A stretch of 64,000 bases of DNA, taken from the NCBI GenBank assembly GCA_964558655.1, contig CAZLEX010000002.1:65600-129599 (forward strand), written 5' to 3'. The notes under the pieces are model-generated. The model did not search any database and was not told the origin of the DNA. It saw only the letters and a program-made list of their open reading frames with translations. Origin of the DNA: an uncultured Oscillospiraceae bacterium. GTDB taxonomy: Bacteria; Bacillota; Clostridia; Oscillospirales; SIG627. Position numbers and translations under genes: made by a program. Numbering within the stretch: the first letter of the stretch is position 1; each line of letters opens with the position of its first letter. Positions 1 to 12,411 of this stretch are shown in pieces.

Positions 1-668
1 CAAACAAGGAAGATGTATCCAACAAGGCCGCGCAGCAGGTAATTTCCTGGACTCTTTCCGAAACATTGAAACTTTTGCACCCGTTCATGCCGTTTATTAC
101 GGAGGAAATATATCTTTCGCTTCCGCATGACTGCGAAAGTATTATGATTTCCGAATGGCCTCGTACAAGCGACGCACTTAAATTTGAAGAGACTGCCGAA
201 GAATTTGAAAAGATTATTTCGGCAATCCGTGCAATCCGTTTACGCAGAAACGAAATGAATGTATTGCCCTCACGCAAAACAAAGCTTTATGTCGTAAGCG
301 AATTTTCAAAACTCTTTGTAGATTCTTCGGCTTTCCTTGAGAAGTTGGCAAGTGTGTCGGAGGTTATTGCACTTGACGAATACACCGATGCCGATTCGGT
401 TGCGATAATTACCGACAGTGCGAATTTGTATATTCCGATGGCCGATATGGTCGACTTTGACAAAGAGCTTGAACGGCTTGAAAAAGAGCTTGCAAAAGCC
501 GAAAAAGAGATGGGAATTTTTGAAAAGAAACTTTCCAACACGGAATTTGTTTCGCGTGCTCCTGCGGCTGTTGTTGAGGCAGAGCGTGCAAAACTCGAAA
601 AATACAAAGCACAGCGTGAAAGTGCTCTTAAAGAAATCGAAAAAATCCGCATGAGACTCAAAAAATGA
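1..668 (+). CDS. valS: Valyl-tRNA synthetase, C-terminal fragment (5' end lies outside the window)
   Basis: The frame is open from base 3. It shows ...KLLHPFMPFITEEIY followed by the long Lys/Glu-rich C-terminal coiled coil typical of ValS. Stop TGA at 666-668. Confidence 0.9.
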   Translation, partial: NKEDVSNKAAQQVISWTLSETLKLLHPFMPFITEEIYLSLPHDCESIMISEWPRTSDALKFEETAEEFEKIISAIRAIRLRRNEMNVLPSRKTKLYVVSEFSKLFVDSSAFLEKLASVSEVIALDEYTDADSVAIITDSANLYIPMADMVDFDKELERLEKELAKAEKEMGIFEKKLSNTEFVSRAPAAVVEAERAKLEKYKAQRESALKEIEKIRMRLKK

Positions 669-690
669 CAAAAAAATCGCAATAAATATT

Positions 691-732
691 ATATCCTGTG
701 AATAGACGATATTCACAGGATATTTTATTTTT
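691..732 (+). terminator. Rho-independent terminator after valS
   Basis: Perfect 14-bp stem ATATCCTGTGAATA (691-704) / TATTCACAGGATAT (710-723) with a 5-nt loop, followed by TTTATTTTT. Confidence 0.75.
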
Positions 733-754
733 GCAAAAGAAAGGAAATGTTGAA

Positions 755-1072
755 ATGCCGGCAGAATTCAGTAAAAAAGAAAATGTTTTGATAATTTCGC
801 CCTGCGGAGAAATTGACCATCACGAAACAAAAAAGCTCAGAGATGAGATTGACAGGGAAATTGCCAAACTTTCTCCCGAAAAAATAGTGTTTGATTTTTC
901 CCGCACATCGTTTATGGACTCGTCCGGTTTAGGACTGATTCTCGGCCGTTACAGAAAAGCGTTAAATGCGGGGATAGAAGTCGAAATAGTAAATCCGGGA
1001 GAAAAAATTTCAAGGATTTTGATTATGGCGGGAATAGATAAATATATCAGTATCAAAGGAGTGGAAAAATAA
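755..1072 (+). CDS. spoIIAA: Anti-sigma-F factor antagonist SpoIIAA (STAS domain)
   Basis: STAS-type sequence (FMDSSGLGLILGRY) at the first position of a spoIIAA-AB-sigF operon. I chose the ATG at 755, preceded by AAAGGA, because the track start at 698 lies inside the valS terminator hairpin. Confidence 0.9.
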   Translation: MPAEFSKKENVLIISPCGEIDHHETKKLRDEIDREIAKLSPEKIVFDFSRTSFMDSSGLGLILGRYRKALNAGIEVEIVNPGEKISRILIMAGIDKYISIKGVEK

Positions 1073-1518
1073 TGAAAAAAGTAAAAATCAATGAAATAAA
1101 AGTTAAATTTAAATCGCTGTCTTCAAACGAATCCTTTGCGAGAGTCGTTATAACGGCGTTTTTGATGCCTTATTCTCCGACCGTCGAAGAAATAGCCGAT
1201 ATAAAAACAGCGGTATCGGAAGCCGTAACGAATGCCATCGTGCACGGATATAAATCGAATACGCAATGTACGGTTTCAATGCACGCATACATAACACAGG
1301 ACGGGACTTTGACGGTTACGGTTGCTGACAGAGGGTGCGGTATAGCCGATGTACATAAGGCAATGGAACCTCTTTTTACGACAGACGCCGAAAATGAAAG
1401 AAGCGGAATGGGATTTTCCATAATGCAGACATTTTCGGATAAATTGCGGGTTTCCTCAGTCGTCGGGAAAGGAACAAAAGTCACAATGATTCGCAAACTT
1501 TCGGAATTTTCAAAATGA
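1072..1518 (+). CDS. spoIIAB: Anti-sigma-F factor / serine kinase SpoIIAB (GHKL ATPase)
   Basis: GHKL motifs EAVTNAIVHGY, DRGCGI and GMGFSIM. The start overlaps the spoIIAA stop by 1 nt (TAATG). Confidence 0.9.
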   Translation: MKKVKINEIKVKFKSLSSNESFARVVITAFLMPYSPTVEEIADIKTAVSEAVTNAIVHGYKSNTQCTVSMHAYITQDGTLTVTVADRGCGIADVHKAMEPLFTTDAENERSGMGFSIMQTFSDKLRVSSVVGKGTKVTMIRKLSEFSK

Positions 1519-2216
1519 GCATAAATACAAAAGAGCGTATTATGAGTGCCAAAAACGGAAACGAAGAAGATTTTTCGGCACTTGTAAGCGAAAATATCGC
1601 TCTCGTCAAGAGCATTGCAAAGAGATTTGCCGACAGAGGTGTCGACTATGAAGATTTGGTACAAATAGGAACGATAGGTCTGATGCGTGCGATAAAAGGG
1701 TTTGATTTTAATTTCGGGACAACGCTGTCTACCTATGCGGTTCCTCTTATTATAGGTGAAATAAAAAGATTTTTGCGTGATGACGGATTGATAAAGGTGG
1801 GGAGGGAGGCGAAAACACTTTCCGCAAAAATTAAAAAATTTTCATCGGAATTTGAGCTGTCTTTCGGCAGAAGCCCGACGGTAGACGAAGTTTCCGCGTC
1901 GCTCGGAGTGGATTGCGAACAGATTGTTTTTGCACTTGACGCAACGCGTATGCCTTCTGCACTCGAATGGGAGGGAGATGACGGAGAGAGACATGAGATA
2001 CCGGCGGGATTTGACAATGTTGAAGAGAGTATTGATAAAATAGCGTTGGACGCCGCACTTCAAAAACTTTCTCCCTTTGAACAAAAGCTGATAAAGTTAC
2101 GGTATTACAAAGGGCTAACTCAGCAAAAGACGGCTCAGATTTTAGGCGTTACTCAGGTTAAAATTTCACGGGACGAGAAAAAAATCTGTGCAAAACTTAA
2201 AACTCTTCTTGAATAA
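1515..2216 (+). CDS. sigF: Sporulation sigma factor SigF
   Basis: Sigma-70 regions 2-4 are present (DLVQIGTIGLMRAIKGFD, YAVPLIIGEIKRFLRD, C-terminal HTH TQQKTAQILGVTQVKISR). ATGA overlap with spoIIAB. Confidence 0.9.
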   Translation: MSINTKERIMSAKNGNEEDFSALVSENIALVKSIAKRFADRGVDYEDLVQIGTIGLMRAIKGFDFNFGTTLSTYAVPLIIGEIKRFLRDDGLIKVGREAKTLSAKIKKFSSEFELSFGRSPTVDEVSASLGVDCEQIVFALDATRMPSALEWEGDDGERHEIPAGFDNVEESIDKIALDAALQKLSPFEQKLIKLRYYKGLTQQKTAQILGVTQVKISRDEKKICAKLKTLLE

Positions 2217-2220
2217 ACAC

Positions 2221-2249
2221 TTGAATTAAAATGCAATGTGTGCTACAAT
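2221..2249 (+). promoter_or_regulatory. Candidate sigma-A promoter for ackA
   Basis: TTGAAT (2221-2226), 17-nt spacer, TACAAT (2244-2249) with TG one base upstream (TGcTACAAT). It lies 41 nt upstream of the ackA start. Confidence 0.5.
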
Positions 2250-2289
2250 ATGTTTTGTAAATGAAATATTATGAAAAGAGGACAAAACA

Positions 2290-3492
2290 TTGAAGATACT
2301 TGTTATTAATGCGGGAAGCTCTTCACTGAAGTACCAGCTTATCGATATGACAGACGAGAGTGTGCTTGCAAAAGGACTTTGCGACCGAATCGGAATTGAC
2401 GGAGGTAATTTTAAGCACAAGGTTCCCGGCCGTGACGATTACAAACTTGATGTTGAAATGAAAAATCACGAAGAGGCTGTAAAGCTTGTTATCGATACCC
2501 TTACCGACAGCGAACACGGAGTTATTTCGTCTATGAGCGAGATAGGTGCGGTAGGACACCGTGTTGTTCACGGGGCTGAAAAGTTTTCAAAATCGGTTGT
2601 CATAAACGATGAAGTTATTGCTACTGTGGAGGAATGTTGTGAACTTTCTCCCCTTCATAATCCGAGTAACCTTACAGGTATCCGTGCTTGTGCCGAAATA
2701 ATGGGAGATGTTCCTCAGGTTGCGGTATTTGATACGGGATTTCACCAAACAATGCCCGATTATGCGTATCTTTATCCTATTCCTTACAAGTATTATACAA
2801 AATATCATATTCGCCGTTACGGTTTTCACGGAACATCGCACCGCTATGTTTCACAGCGTGCGGCAGATATGCTCGGAAAGAAGCCCGAAGACCTCAAGAT
2901 AGTTACCTGTCATCTCGGAAACGGTTCTTCAATTGCGGCAATTGACGGCGGAAAGTGCCTCGATACAACAATGGGTATGACACCTTTGGAAGGAATAATG
3001 ATGGGAACCCGTTCCGGTTCCATTGATCCTGCCATTATCACATTCCTTATGGAAAAGGAAAATATGTCCGTTGCCGATATTGATAAAATGCTTAATAAGC
3101 AGTCGGGTATACTCGGTATTTCCGAAAAGACAAGCGACAACCGCGATATCGAGCAGGGAGCCAGAGAGGGAGATCCTCGTTGTTCGCTTATTGAGTCTAT
3201 GCTTTGTCATCAGCTTACAAAGTATGTCGGAGGCTATATAGCGGCTATGGGTGGCTGTGACGCTATTGTCTTTACCGGAGGTATCGGAGAAAACAATCCT
3301 CACTACCGTAAGAGAGTTGCTCAAAAGCTTGAATTTATGGGAGTTAAGATTGACGATGCGAAGAACGACGCCGCAAAGCGCAACGGTCTTGAAGCCGATG
3401 TTTCGGCAGAAGGCTCTTATCCCAAAATTCTTGTAATACCCACCAACGAAGAACTTATGATAGCAAAAGATACATACGAGCTTGTAAAGTAA
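2290..3492 (+). CDS. ackA: Acetate kinase
   Basis: MKILVINAGSSSLKYQL N-terminus, FHGTSH and TGGIGEN motifs, 400 aa. TTG start. Confidence 0.95.
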   Translation: MKILVINAGSSSLKYQLIDMTDESVLAKGLCDRIGIDGGNFKHKVPGRDDYKLDVEMKNHEEAVKLVIDTLTDSEHGVISSMSEIGAVGHRVVHGAEKFSKSVVINDEVIATVEECCELSPLHNPSNLTGIRACAEIMGDVPQVAVFDTGFHQTMPDYAYLYPIPYKYYTKYHIRRYGFHGTSHRYVSQRAADMLGKKPEDLKIVTCHLGNGSSIAAIDGGKCLDTTMGMTPLEGIMMGTRSGSIDPAIITFLMEKENMSVADIDKMLNKQSGILGISEKTSDNRDIEQGAREGDPRCSLIESMLCHQLTKYVGGYIAAMGGCDAIVFTGGIGENNPHYRKRVAQKLEFMGVKIDDAKNDAAKRNGLEADVSAEGSYPKILVIPTNEELMIAKDTYELVK

Positions 3493-3506
3493 ATCAGAAC
3501 AGTAAA

Positions 3507-3541
3507 ATGCAGATACCGAAAAAACGGTATCTGCATTTTTG
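3507..3541 (+). terminator. Rho-independent terminator after ackA
   Basis: 12-bp stem ATGCAGATACCG / CGGTATCTGCAT with an A6 loop, followed by TTTTTG. Confidence 0.8.
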
Positions 3542-3551
3542 TGTGCCGAAT

Positions 3552-3590
3552 AAAAAATACCGGCGTGGCAAAAATGCCGTGCCGGTATTT
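3552..3590 (-). terminator. Rho-independent terminator after groEL
   Basis: AATACCGGC ... GCCGGTATT stem enclosing GGCA-aaaa-TGCC. On the minus strand it is followed by TTTTTTATT. It lies 19 nt past the groEL stop. Confidence 0.6.
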
Positions 3591-3608
3591 TGATATACAG
3601 ATGCTTGA

Positions 3609-5252
<1,644 letters not shown>

Positions 5253-5537
5253 TTATTCTACGATAGCGAGAATGTCGCTCTGTCTTACAACGATGTAATC
5301 GTTTCCGTCGATTTTGACTTCGGTACCCGAATATTTGCTTGTGATTACTCGGTCTCCGACTTTAACCGTCATTTTAACTTCGTTTCCGTCAACCATGCCG
5401 CCGGGACCTACTTCAACAACTTCGGCAACGGAAGGTTTTTCCTGTGCACTTGCAGTAAGAATGATACCGCTCTTTGTGGTCTCTTCAGCTTCAACCTGCT
5501 TGAGAACCACTCTGTCAAGTAATGGCTTTAATTTCAT
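5253..5537 (-). CDS. groES: Co-chaperonin GroES
   Basis: 94 aa, MKLKPLLDRVVLK...GIILT, immediately upstream of groEL. Confidence 0.97.
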   Translation of the reverse strand: MKLKPLLDRVVLKQVEAEETTKSGIILTASAQEKPSVAEVVEVGPGGMVDGNEVKMTVKVGDRVITSKYSGTEVKIDGNDYIVVRQSDILAIVE

Positions 5538-5579
5538 GATAATACCTCCTGATATATTAATTAATTTTTTTCATTTTAT

Positions 5580-5606
5580 TTAGCACTCTTTTTTATTGAG
5601 TGCTAA
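5580..5606 (-). promoter_or_regulatory. CIRCE element (HrcA operator) upstream of groES
   Basis: Perfect consensus TTAGCACTC-N9-GAGTGCTAA located 43 nt upstream of the groES start. Confidence 0.9.
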
Positions 5607-5680
5607 CTCACAGTACATATTTTACACTAAAGAATGGAAAAATCAAGGGTTTTTTTGATTATTCACATTTATTTAACAAT

Positions 5681-7675
<1,995 letters not shown>

Positions 7676-7743
7676 TTAAAAGTTTTACTGTTTAATTATA
7701 CTAAATATACCCTTAATTTGTCAAATATATTTTACGGCATTAT

Positions 7744-7800
7744 GAAAAAACGGGAGCCGCAGAAAACGGTTTTGCGACCGTTTTTATTACAGCTCCCGTT
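7744..7800 (-). terminator. Compound hairpin terminator after the GH2-ROK-SIS operon
   Basis: Outer stem AACGGGAGC (7749-7757) / GCTCCCGTT (7792-7800) encloses an inner hairpin AAAACGGT/ACCGTTTT. The minus-strand transcript continues with TTTTTTC. Confidence 0.6.
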
Positions 7801-7815
7801 ACAGTTCAGCTTTAA

Positions 7816-8436
7816 TCAGTCAAAAAGTATTTTTTCCGTTTGTGCACACAGATAATGGTACATCGGAAGATGATGCTCCTGTACTTTGAAAGTTTCGGTT
7901 TCCGGAGACCTGAGCGTAACATCGCAGAGTTTTGAAAGTTTGCTGTCTTTACAGCCGGTCATTCCGACGGTTTTCATTCCTATTGCTTTCGCCGCAATAA
8001 CCGCATTGACAACATTTGACGAATTTCCGGAGGTTGATATACCTATGAGTAAATCTTCTTTTCTTCCGTATCCGAATGTCATTTGAGCATACGCCATATC
8101 GGGTTCCACATCGTTTATATAGGCCGACAAGATGGCACATTGGCTGGGGAGGGAAATTGCGGGAACGGCTCTTTGAAGGTTTTTTGCGAATGTTTCGGGA
8201 TTTTCTGCATATCCTTCAAACATTTTGCACTCCTCTTGCGTAAGTTTCCTTTTCGACAAAAATCCTTTCATGAGTTCTCCCACAATGTGTTCGGCATCGG
8301 CACAGCTTCCACCGTTTCCGCAGACAAGGATTTTTCCGCCTTTATTGTATGTATCGACCATCATGGAGACGGTTTTTTCAAGATTATCTTTCATTCCGGT
8401 AAGTTCCGGATATCTTTGCATTAATTCGTTAATCAT
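7816..8436 (-). CDS. SIS-domain sugar-phosphate isomerase (GmhA/phosphoheptose-isomerase-like)
   Basis: GNGGSCADAEH and ISTSGNS motifs. I chose the ATG at 8436, preceded by GAAGAGGA, over the GTG at 8457. Confidence 0.75.
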   Translation of the reverse strand: MINELMQRYPELTGMKDNLEKTVSMMVDTYNKGGKILVCGNGGSCADAEHIVGELMKGFLSKRKLTQEECKMFEGYAENPETFAKNLQRAVPAISLPSQCAILSAYINDVEPDMAYAQMTFGYGRKEDLLIGISTSGNSSNVVNAVIAAKAIGMKTVGMTGCKDSKLSKLCDVTLRSPETETFKVQEHHLPMYHYLCAQTEKILFD

Positions 8437-9385
8437 TCTTTTTATCCTCTTCTTCACCTATTATTGCTACCGATATTGCGGCACAGTCGCCTATCGCCTC
8501 TCCCAATTCTGCGGGTAAAATTCTGCATACACTCCTTGAAGCGTAAAGACTCTCTTTCTCCAAAGTTTTTTGCATTGAATCTCTGAGCAGATTTTCGCTT
8601 CTCGTAAATATACTTCCTATGACGATGGCTTCGGGATTGAGGATATCCACAATAACAGCCAGCCCCCGTCCCAAATACTCTCCGCAAAGGCTGTATACTT
8701 CTTTTGCGTCCTCGTATCCTTCGTCGGCACGGTCGGCAATGATTTTTGCGTTTATCCCGTCAATACTGTCGCGGCTTTCGCAAAACGAAGGCTGTTTGCC
8801 CATTTGAAAAAGTTCGAGTGCACGGGTTTTTCCAAGCTGTGCTATTCCGCTTCCGCTGCAAAATCCTTCAAACGATCCGGATTTGCCAAAGCCTACGGGA
8901 CCGAAGCTGTCAAGTCTTATATGACCTACTTCTCCTGCCATTCCGCAGGTTCCGTCATAGAGATGACCGTTTAAAATAAGACCTGCTCCAAGCCCGGTAC
9001 CGAAAGTGAGAAAGACCATATTTTCCGTACCCTTGCCCGCACCGAATTTCCATTCGGCCAAAGCACAGGCGTTGGCGTCGTTTTGCAAATAAGCTTTAAC
9101 TCCGTATCTCTTTTGCAAAATTTCGGTTATGTGCACATCGTCCCAGCCGGGAAGATTGGGCGGAGACATGATGACGCCTTTTTTTGAATCGAGCGGTCCT
9201 CCGCAGCTTATTCCTATGGCATCTGCTTTGTCTTTTCCGATTACTCTATCCGTCACCTTTAAGATGTTCTCTAAAGTTGAGGCGAAATCCGATGTCTTAA
9301 ACTTTTCCTTTTCAATGACTTTTCCGTCATGTGCGGCTTTTACAACCGCACATTTCGTTCCGCCTATATCTATGCCTATATACAT
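8429..9385 (-). CDS. ROK-family sugar kinase
   Basis: N-terminal IGIDIGGTK ATP-binding motif, then GGPLD and GMAGEVGH. 318 aa. Confidence 0.85.
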   Translation of the reverse strand: MYIGIDIGGTKCAVVKAAHDGKVIEKEKFKTSDFASTLENILKVTDRVIGKDKADAIGISCGGPLDSKKGVIMSPPNLPGWDDVHITEILQKRYGVKAYLQNDANACALAEWKFGAGKGTENMVFLTFGTGLGAGLILNGHLYDGTCGMAGEVGHIRLDSFGPVGFGKSGSFEGFCSGSGIAQLGKTRALELFQMGKQPSFCESRDSIDGINAKIIADRADEGYEDAKEVYSLCGEYLGRGLAVIVDILNPEAIVIGSIFTRSENLLRDSMQKTLEKESLYASRSVCRILPAELGEAIGDCAAISVAIIGEEEDKKND

Positions 9386-9388
9386 AAT

Positions 9389-11689
9389 TTATTTTCCTTC
9401 TGTCAAAGCGTTAAATTTGTCAAGCCACTTTTTGTAAGATGCGAAATCAAACGGGGGGAGACCGGTAAGGTAGTGATTGTAGTAAATCTTGCCGTCTCTC
9501 TTCCATTCGATGACAAGGAAACGCTTTTCGGGATACATCATCTTTATGTAAGCGTCTTTGAAATTTGAATTTGCCTTTACTTTTATTGTATCCTGCGCGT
9601 ATACTTCGGAAGTGTCTATATCGTAAACTTTGTATTCGAGAACGGCATCCGAGAGGGTATCGTTTGACGCAACGACCGTATATACCCAGTCGTGCATTTC
9701 TTCTATCATTATCGCAATCGGTTCCTGAGAACGCTTTATGTAGTAGTATGCGAGTTTTTTGTCGAAGAAATAGTCAACGACCGCATCGGACATCTGAGGC
9801 CACCCGTCAAGTATATTCCACCACATGATACCGCTTGTGCGAGGCTTGTTTATTCTCATTCGTTCGATGAAGAATTTATCTGCCTCTGCCTGTGATATCT
9901 GAGACGCAAGGACAAAATCTTCGAGATTTTCCGGTTCAAAATCGAACAGCTGTTTTATCTGGTCCCACATGAGCCGTACTCTGAAATCGTTTCCGCCTTG
10001 ATCGGAAGAGTGGAGTGTCCACTGTTCGTTGAATATAGGCCATACACATTCTTCGTCAACCGTCTTTTTAATGGTTTCAACCGATGGACTTCCGTGATAT
10101 CCGGTCTCGCTTATAAAATTGGTGAGAGCGTTTTTGTAATAGTCGGCTTTGTAATAATCGCGGGAACCCCAGAGATGATTTTCCGTCAAAACATTGTTTG
10201 CTTCGGAATTGTATTTTTCAAATGTTTTTCCCGAAATATACGGAGAACTCGGAAGATAAGGTCTTCCGGCGTCGTGATGACATACGACATCTTTGAAAAT
10301 TTCTCTTGTGATTTTGTCGAAATCGGGATTGAAGTGGTCGGCGGTACAGGTACTGTCGAGTTCGTTGTCGCCCGCCCAAAGAATAATGGAGGGGTGGTTA
10401 CGGAATTTTCTGACGGCCCATGTTGCTTCGGAGCGTATGTTGTCGATGTATTCTTTTTCAAGAGACGGTCTTCCGCCGGCAAGCATGAAGTCCTGCCATA
10501 CCATAATTCCGTGACGGTCGCAGTAGTCGTAGAAAATTTTGTCTTCGTATACTCCGCCTGCCCATACCCTCAAAATGTTGCAGTGTGTATCGGTGAGAAG
10601 TCCCAAAGCCTTTTCGTATCTTAAACGGTCGCGGCTGTGATATGCGTCGAGCGGAACCCAGTTTGTTCCCTTGCACATAATCTCCACACCGTTTATTATA
10701 AACTTAAAGTGAGCGTTTTCTTCGTAAACGGTATCGGTGCGTTTCAGTTCCACCGTGCGTATACCCATATTCATTTTTTCACTTGCTTTGACTTCGCCGT
10801 CGGAAATAAGTTCGAATGTCACATCGTAAACATTCGCATCTCCGTAACCGTAAGGCCACCAAAGCTTCGGATTTTGAATTTCAATTTCAAATCTGAGAAG
10901 TTTGCTGCGGGTTTTGACCTTAACGGTCTTTTCAAACTTGCTATCTTTGCATACACCGGATACACGGACTTCGGAGTTGTTCTTTCCGAATTCGAAAAAG
11001 GGCATCTTTATGACGAATCTGAAACTCATGAGGGCTTTCTTTTCGTCTAAGCTGAACAGGTCGTAGCTACATTCTTCAAATCCGTACTCGTCTACTATCC
11101 ATATAGCAGCGTCTTTGTATATGCCGGCACTTACCGCACGCGGCATAATATCCCAGCCGAAACAGTGAGCGGGCTTTCTCATGAAGCAATGCATTCCGAG
11201 TCCCCAGTTTATCTGATACTTGCTGTATGTTTGGTTGAAAGCATACATAACAGCCGATTTGATGTGAACATGGAGAATATTGCGTTCTTTTACTTTTACA
11301 AAGTTTGTTATGTCGAAATTAATGTCGGTATAGGCATTATCCGACGAATATACTTTTTCGCCGTTTATGTAATAATCGGCAAAGCAGTCCACTGCTCCGA
11401 AATTAAGCTCAATACGGTTGTTTGCGGGAACCTCGTCAATTTGAAATTCTTTTTCGTACCACCATTCGTATGTTTCGAATATTTCATTTTTTTCGGTAGC
11501 CATACCTTTAAACAGTTCTTTCGGTATAACTCCGGCGTTTGCCAAATCCAATTCGACATTTCCCGGAACTGTTGCGTCAACACAGGCAACGCCCTCTTTT
11601 CCGAGTTCTTTAGGTTCGGAAACGGAAACGGTTTCGACGGGATAGTAGAATAATTTCCATTTTCCGTTTAAATCGATGATTTTTTTCAT
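9389..11689 (-). CDS. Glycoside hydrolase family 2, beta-mannosidase-like
   Basis: 766 aa. LWWPYGYG, the WAGDNE acid/base region and the SETGYHG nucleophile region resemble GH2 beta-mannosidases. No signal peptide. Confidence 0.8.
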   Translation of the reverse strand: MKKIIDLNGKWKLFYYPVETVSVSEPKELGKEGVACVDATVPGNVELDLANAGVIPKELFKGMATEKNEIFETYEWWYEKEFQIDEVPANNRIELNFGAVDCFADYYINGEKVYSSDNAYTDINFDITNFVKVKERNILHVHIKSAVMYAFNQTYSKYQINWGLGMHCFMRKPAHCFGWDIMPRAVSAGIYKDAAIWIVDEYGFEECSYDLFSLDEKKALMSFRFVIKMPFFEFGKNNSEVRVSGVCKDSKFEKTVKVKTRSKLLRFEIEIQNPKLWWPYGYGDANVYDVTFELISDGEVKASEKMNMGIRTVELKRTDTVYEENAHFKFIINGVEIMCKGTNWVPLDAYHSRDRLRYEKALGLLTDTHCNILRVWAGGVYEDKIFYDYCDRHGIMVWQDFMLAGGRPSLEKEYIDNIRSEATWAVRKFRNHPSIILWAGDNELDSTCTADHFNPDFDKITREIFKDVVCHHDAGRPYLPSSPYISGKTFEKYNSEANNVLTENHLWGSRDYYKADYYKNALTNFISETGYHGSPSVETIKKTVDEECVWPIFNEQWTLHSSDQGGNDFRVRLMWDQIKQLFDFEPENLEDFVLASQISQAEADKFFIERMRINKPRTSGIMWWNILDGWPQMSDAVVDYFFDKKLAYYYIKRSQEPIAIMIEEMHDWVYTVVASNDTLSDAVLEYKVYDIDTSEVYAQDTIKVKANSNFKDAYIKMMYPEKRFLVIEWKRDGKIYYNHYLTGLPPFDFASYKKWLDKFNALTEGK

Positions 11690-11721
11690 AAATGCTCCTT
11701 TTGTTTTTGTTTATTTCAGCC

Positions 11722-12411
11722 TTAACGGTCAGATTGATTTGTTCTTTTGAATTTTTGTTTCCAATATGATCCGCAAGCGATTATTTCAGCCAATATGCAA
11801 AGCGGTATTGCCGCAAAGAAATCCACCGACGAATGTTGTTTTACGAACATTGTCGAAACACATATCAAGGCACAGAAGAGAACGATAAGGGTTTTGGTCA
11901 GTGCGGAGGCGTCCTTTTCTTTAAGCCATACCGATGCAATGCCTATTGAGTATGCACAGTGCAGGGAGGGACAGACGCCGGTGTTTGTATCTACACTGTA
12001 CAGCAATTTCACACAGTCGGTTAAAAAATTGTCTCTCGGAAAAATTTCCGGTCTTAAATCCTGACGGCTCGGAAAAATTATGTATATTGCCATTGCCACA
12101 ATTTGCGTTACCGCTATGAAGATTTGCAGACGCTTAAAGTTGTCGATATTGTATAATGCAAAATATATCAAAGACCCTGCGATAAGAAAATACCATGCGA
12201 CATACGGAATTAAAAAAACTTCGCAGAACGGAATAATATCGTCGATAAAGCAGTGAACGGGCGTGCATTTTTCGACCGGAATAAAATTTTCGGTCAAAAC
12301 GAATAAAACAAGATACACCATCCACCATACCAAAAGTTTTAAATGCGAAAATCGCGGGTCCGAAAGTTTTGACAGCCTGAACTCACGGTAATCGACTACG
12401 GGCTTTTTCAT
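11722..12411 (-). CDS. PAP2-superfamily integral membrane protein
   Basis: Polytopic. It carries the three PAP2-like motifs in order: ...RQDLRP..., CPSLHC, KQHSSVD. Confidence 0.6.
   Translation of the reverse strand: MKKPVVDYREFRLSKLSDPRFSHLKLLVWWMVYLVLFVLTENFIPVEKCTPVHCFIDDIIPFCEVFLIPYVAWYFLIAGSLIYFALYNIDNFKRLQIFIAVTQIVAMAIYIIFPSRQDLRPEIFPRDNFLTDCVKLLYSVDTNTGVCPSLHCAYSIGIASVWLKEKDASALTKTLIVLFCALICVSTMFVKQHSSVDFFAAIPLCILAEIIACGSYWKQKFKRTNQSDR

Noticed and set aside
698-754. N-terminal extension of spoIIAA in the ORF track (MNRRYSQDILFLQKKGNVE)
   Set aside because: These codons are made of the valS terminator hairpin and its T-tract. ATG 755 with an AAAGGA RBS gives a normal-length SpoIIAA.
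718-754. Possible sigma-H/Spo0A-type promoter for spoIIAA (AGGATATT ... GAAA)
   Set aside because: It matches the sigma-H consensus only partially, the leader would be only a few nucleotides long, and I could not identify a convincing 0A box.
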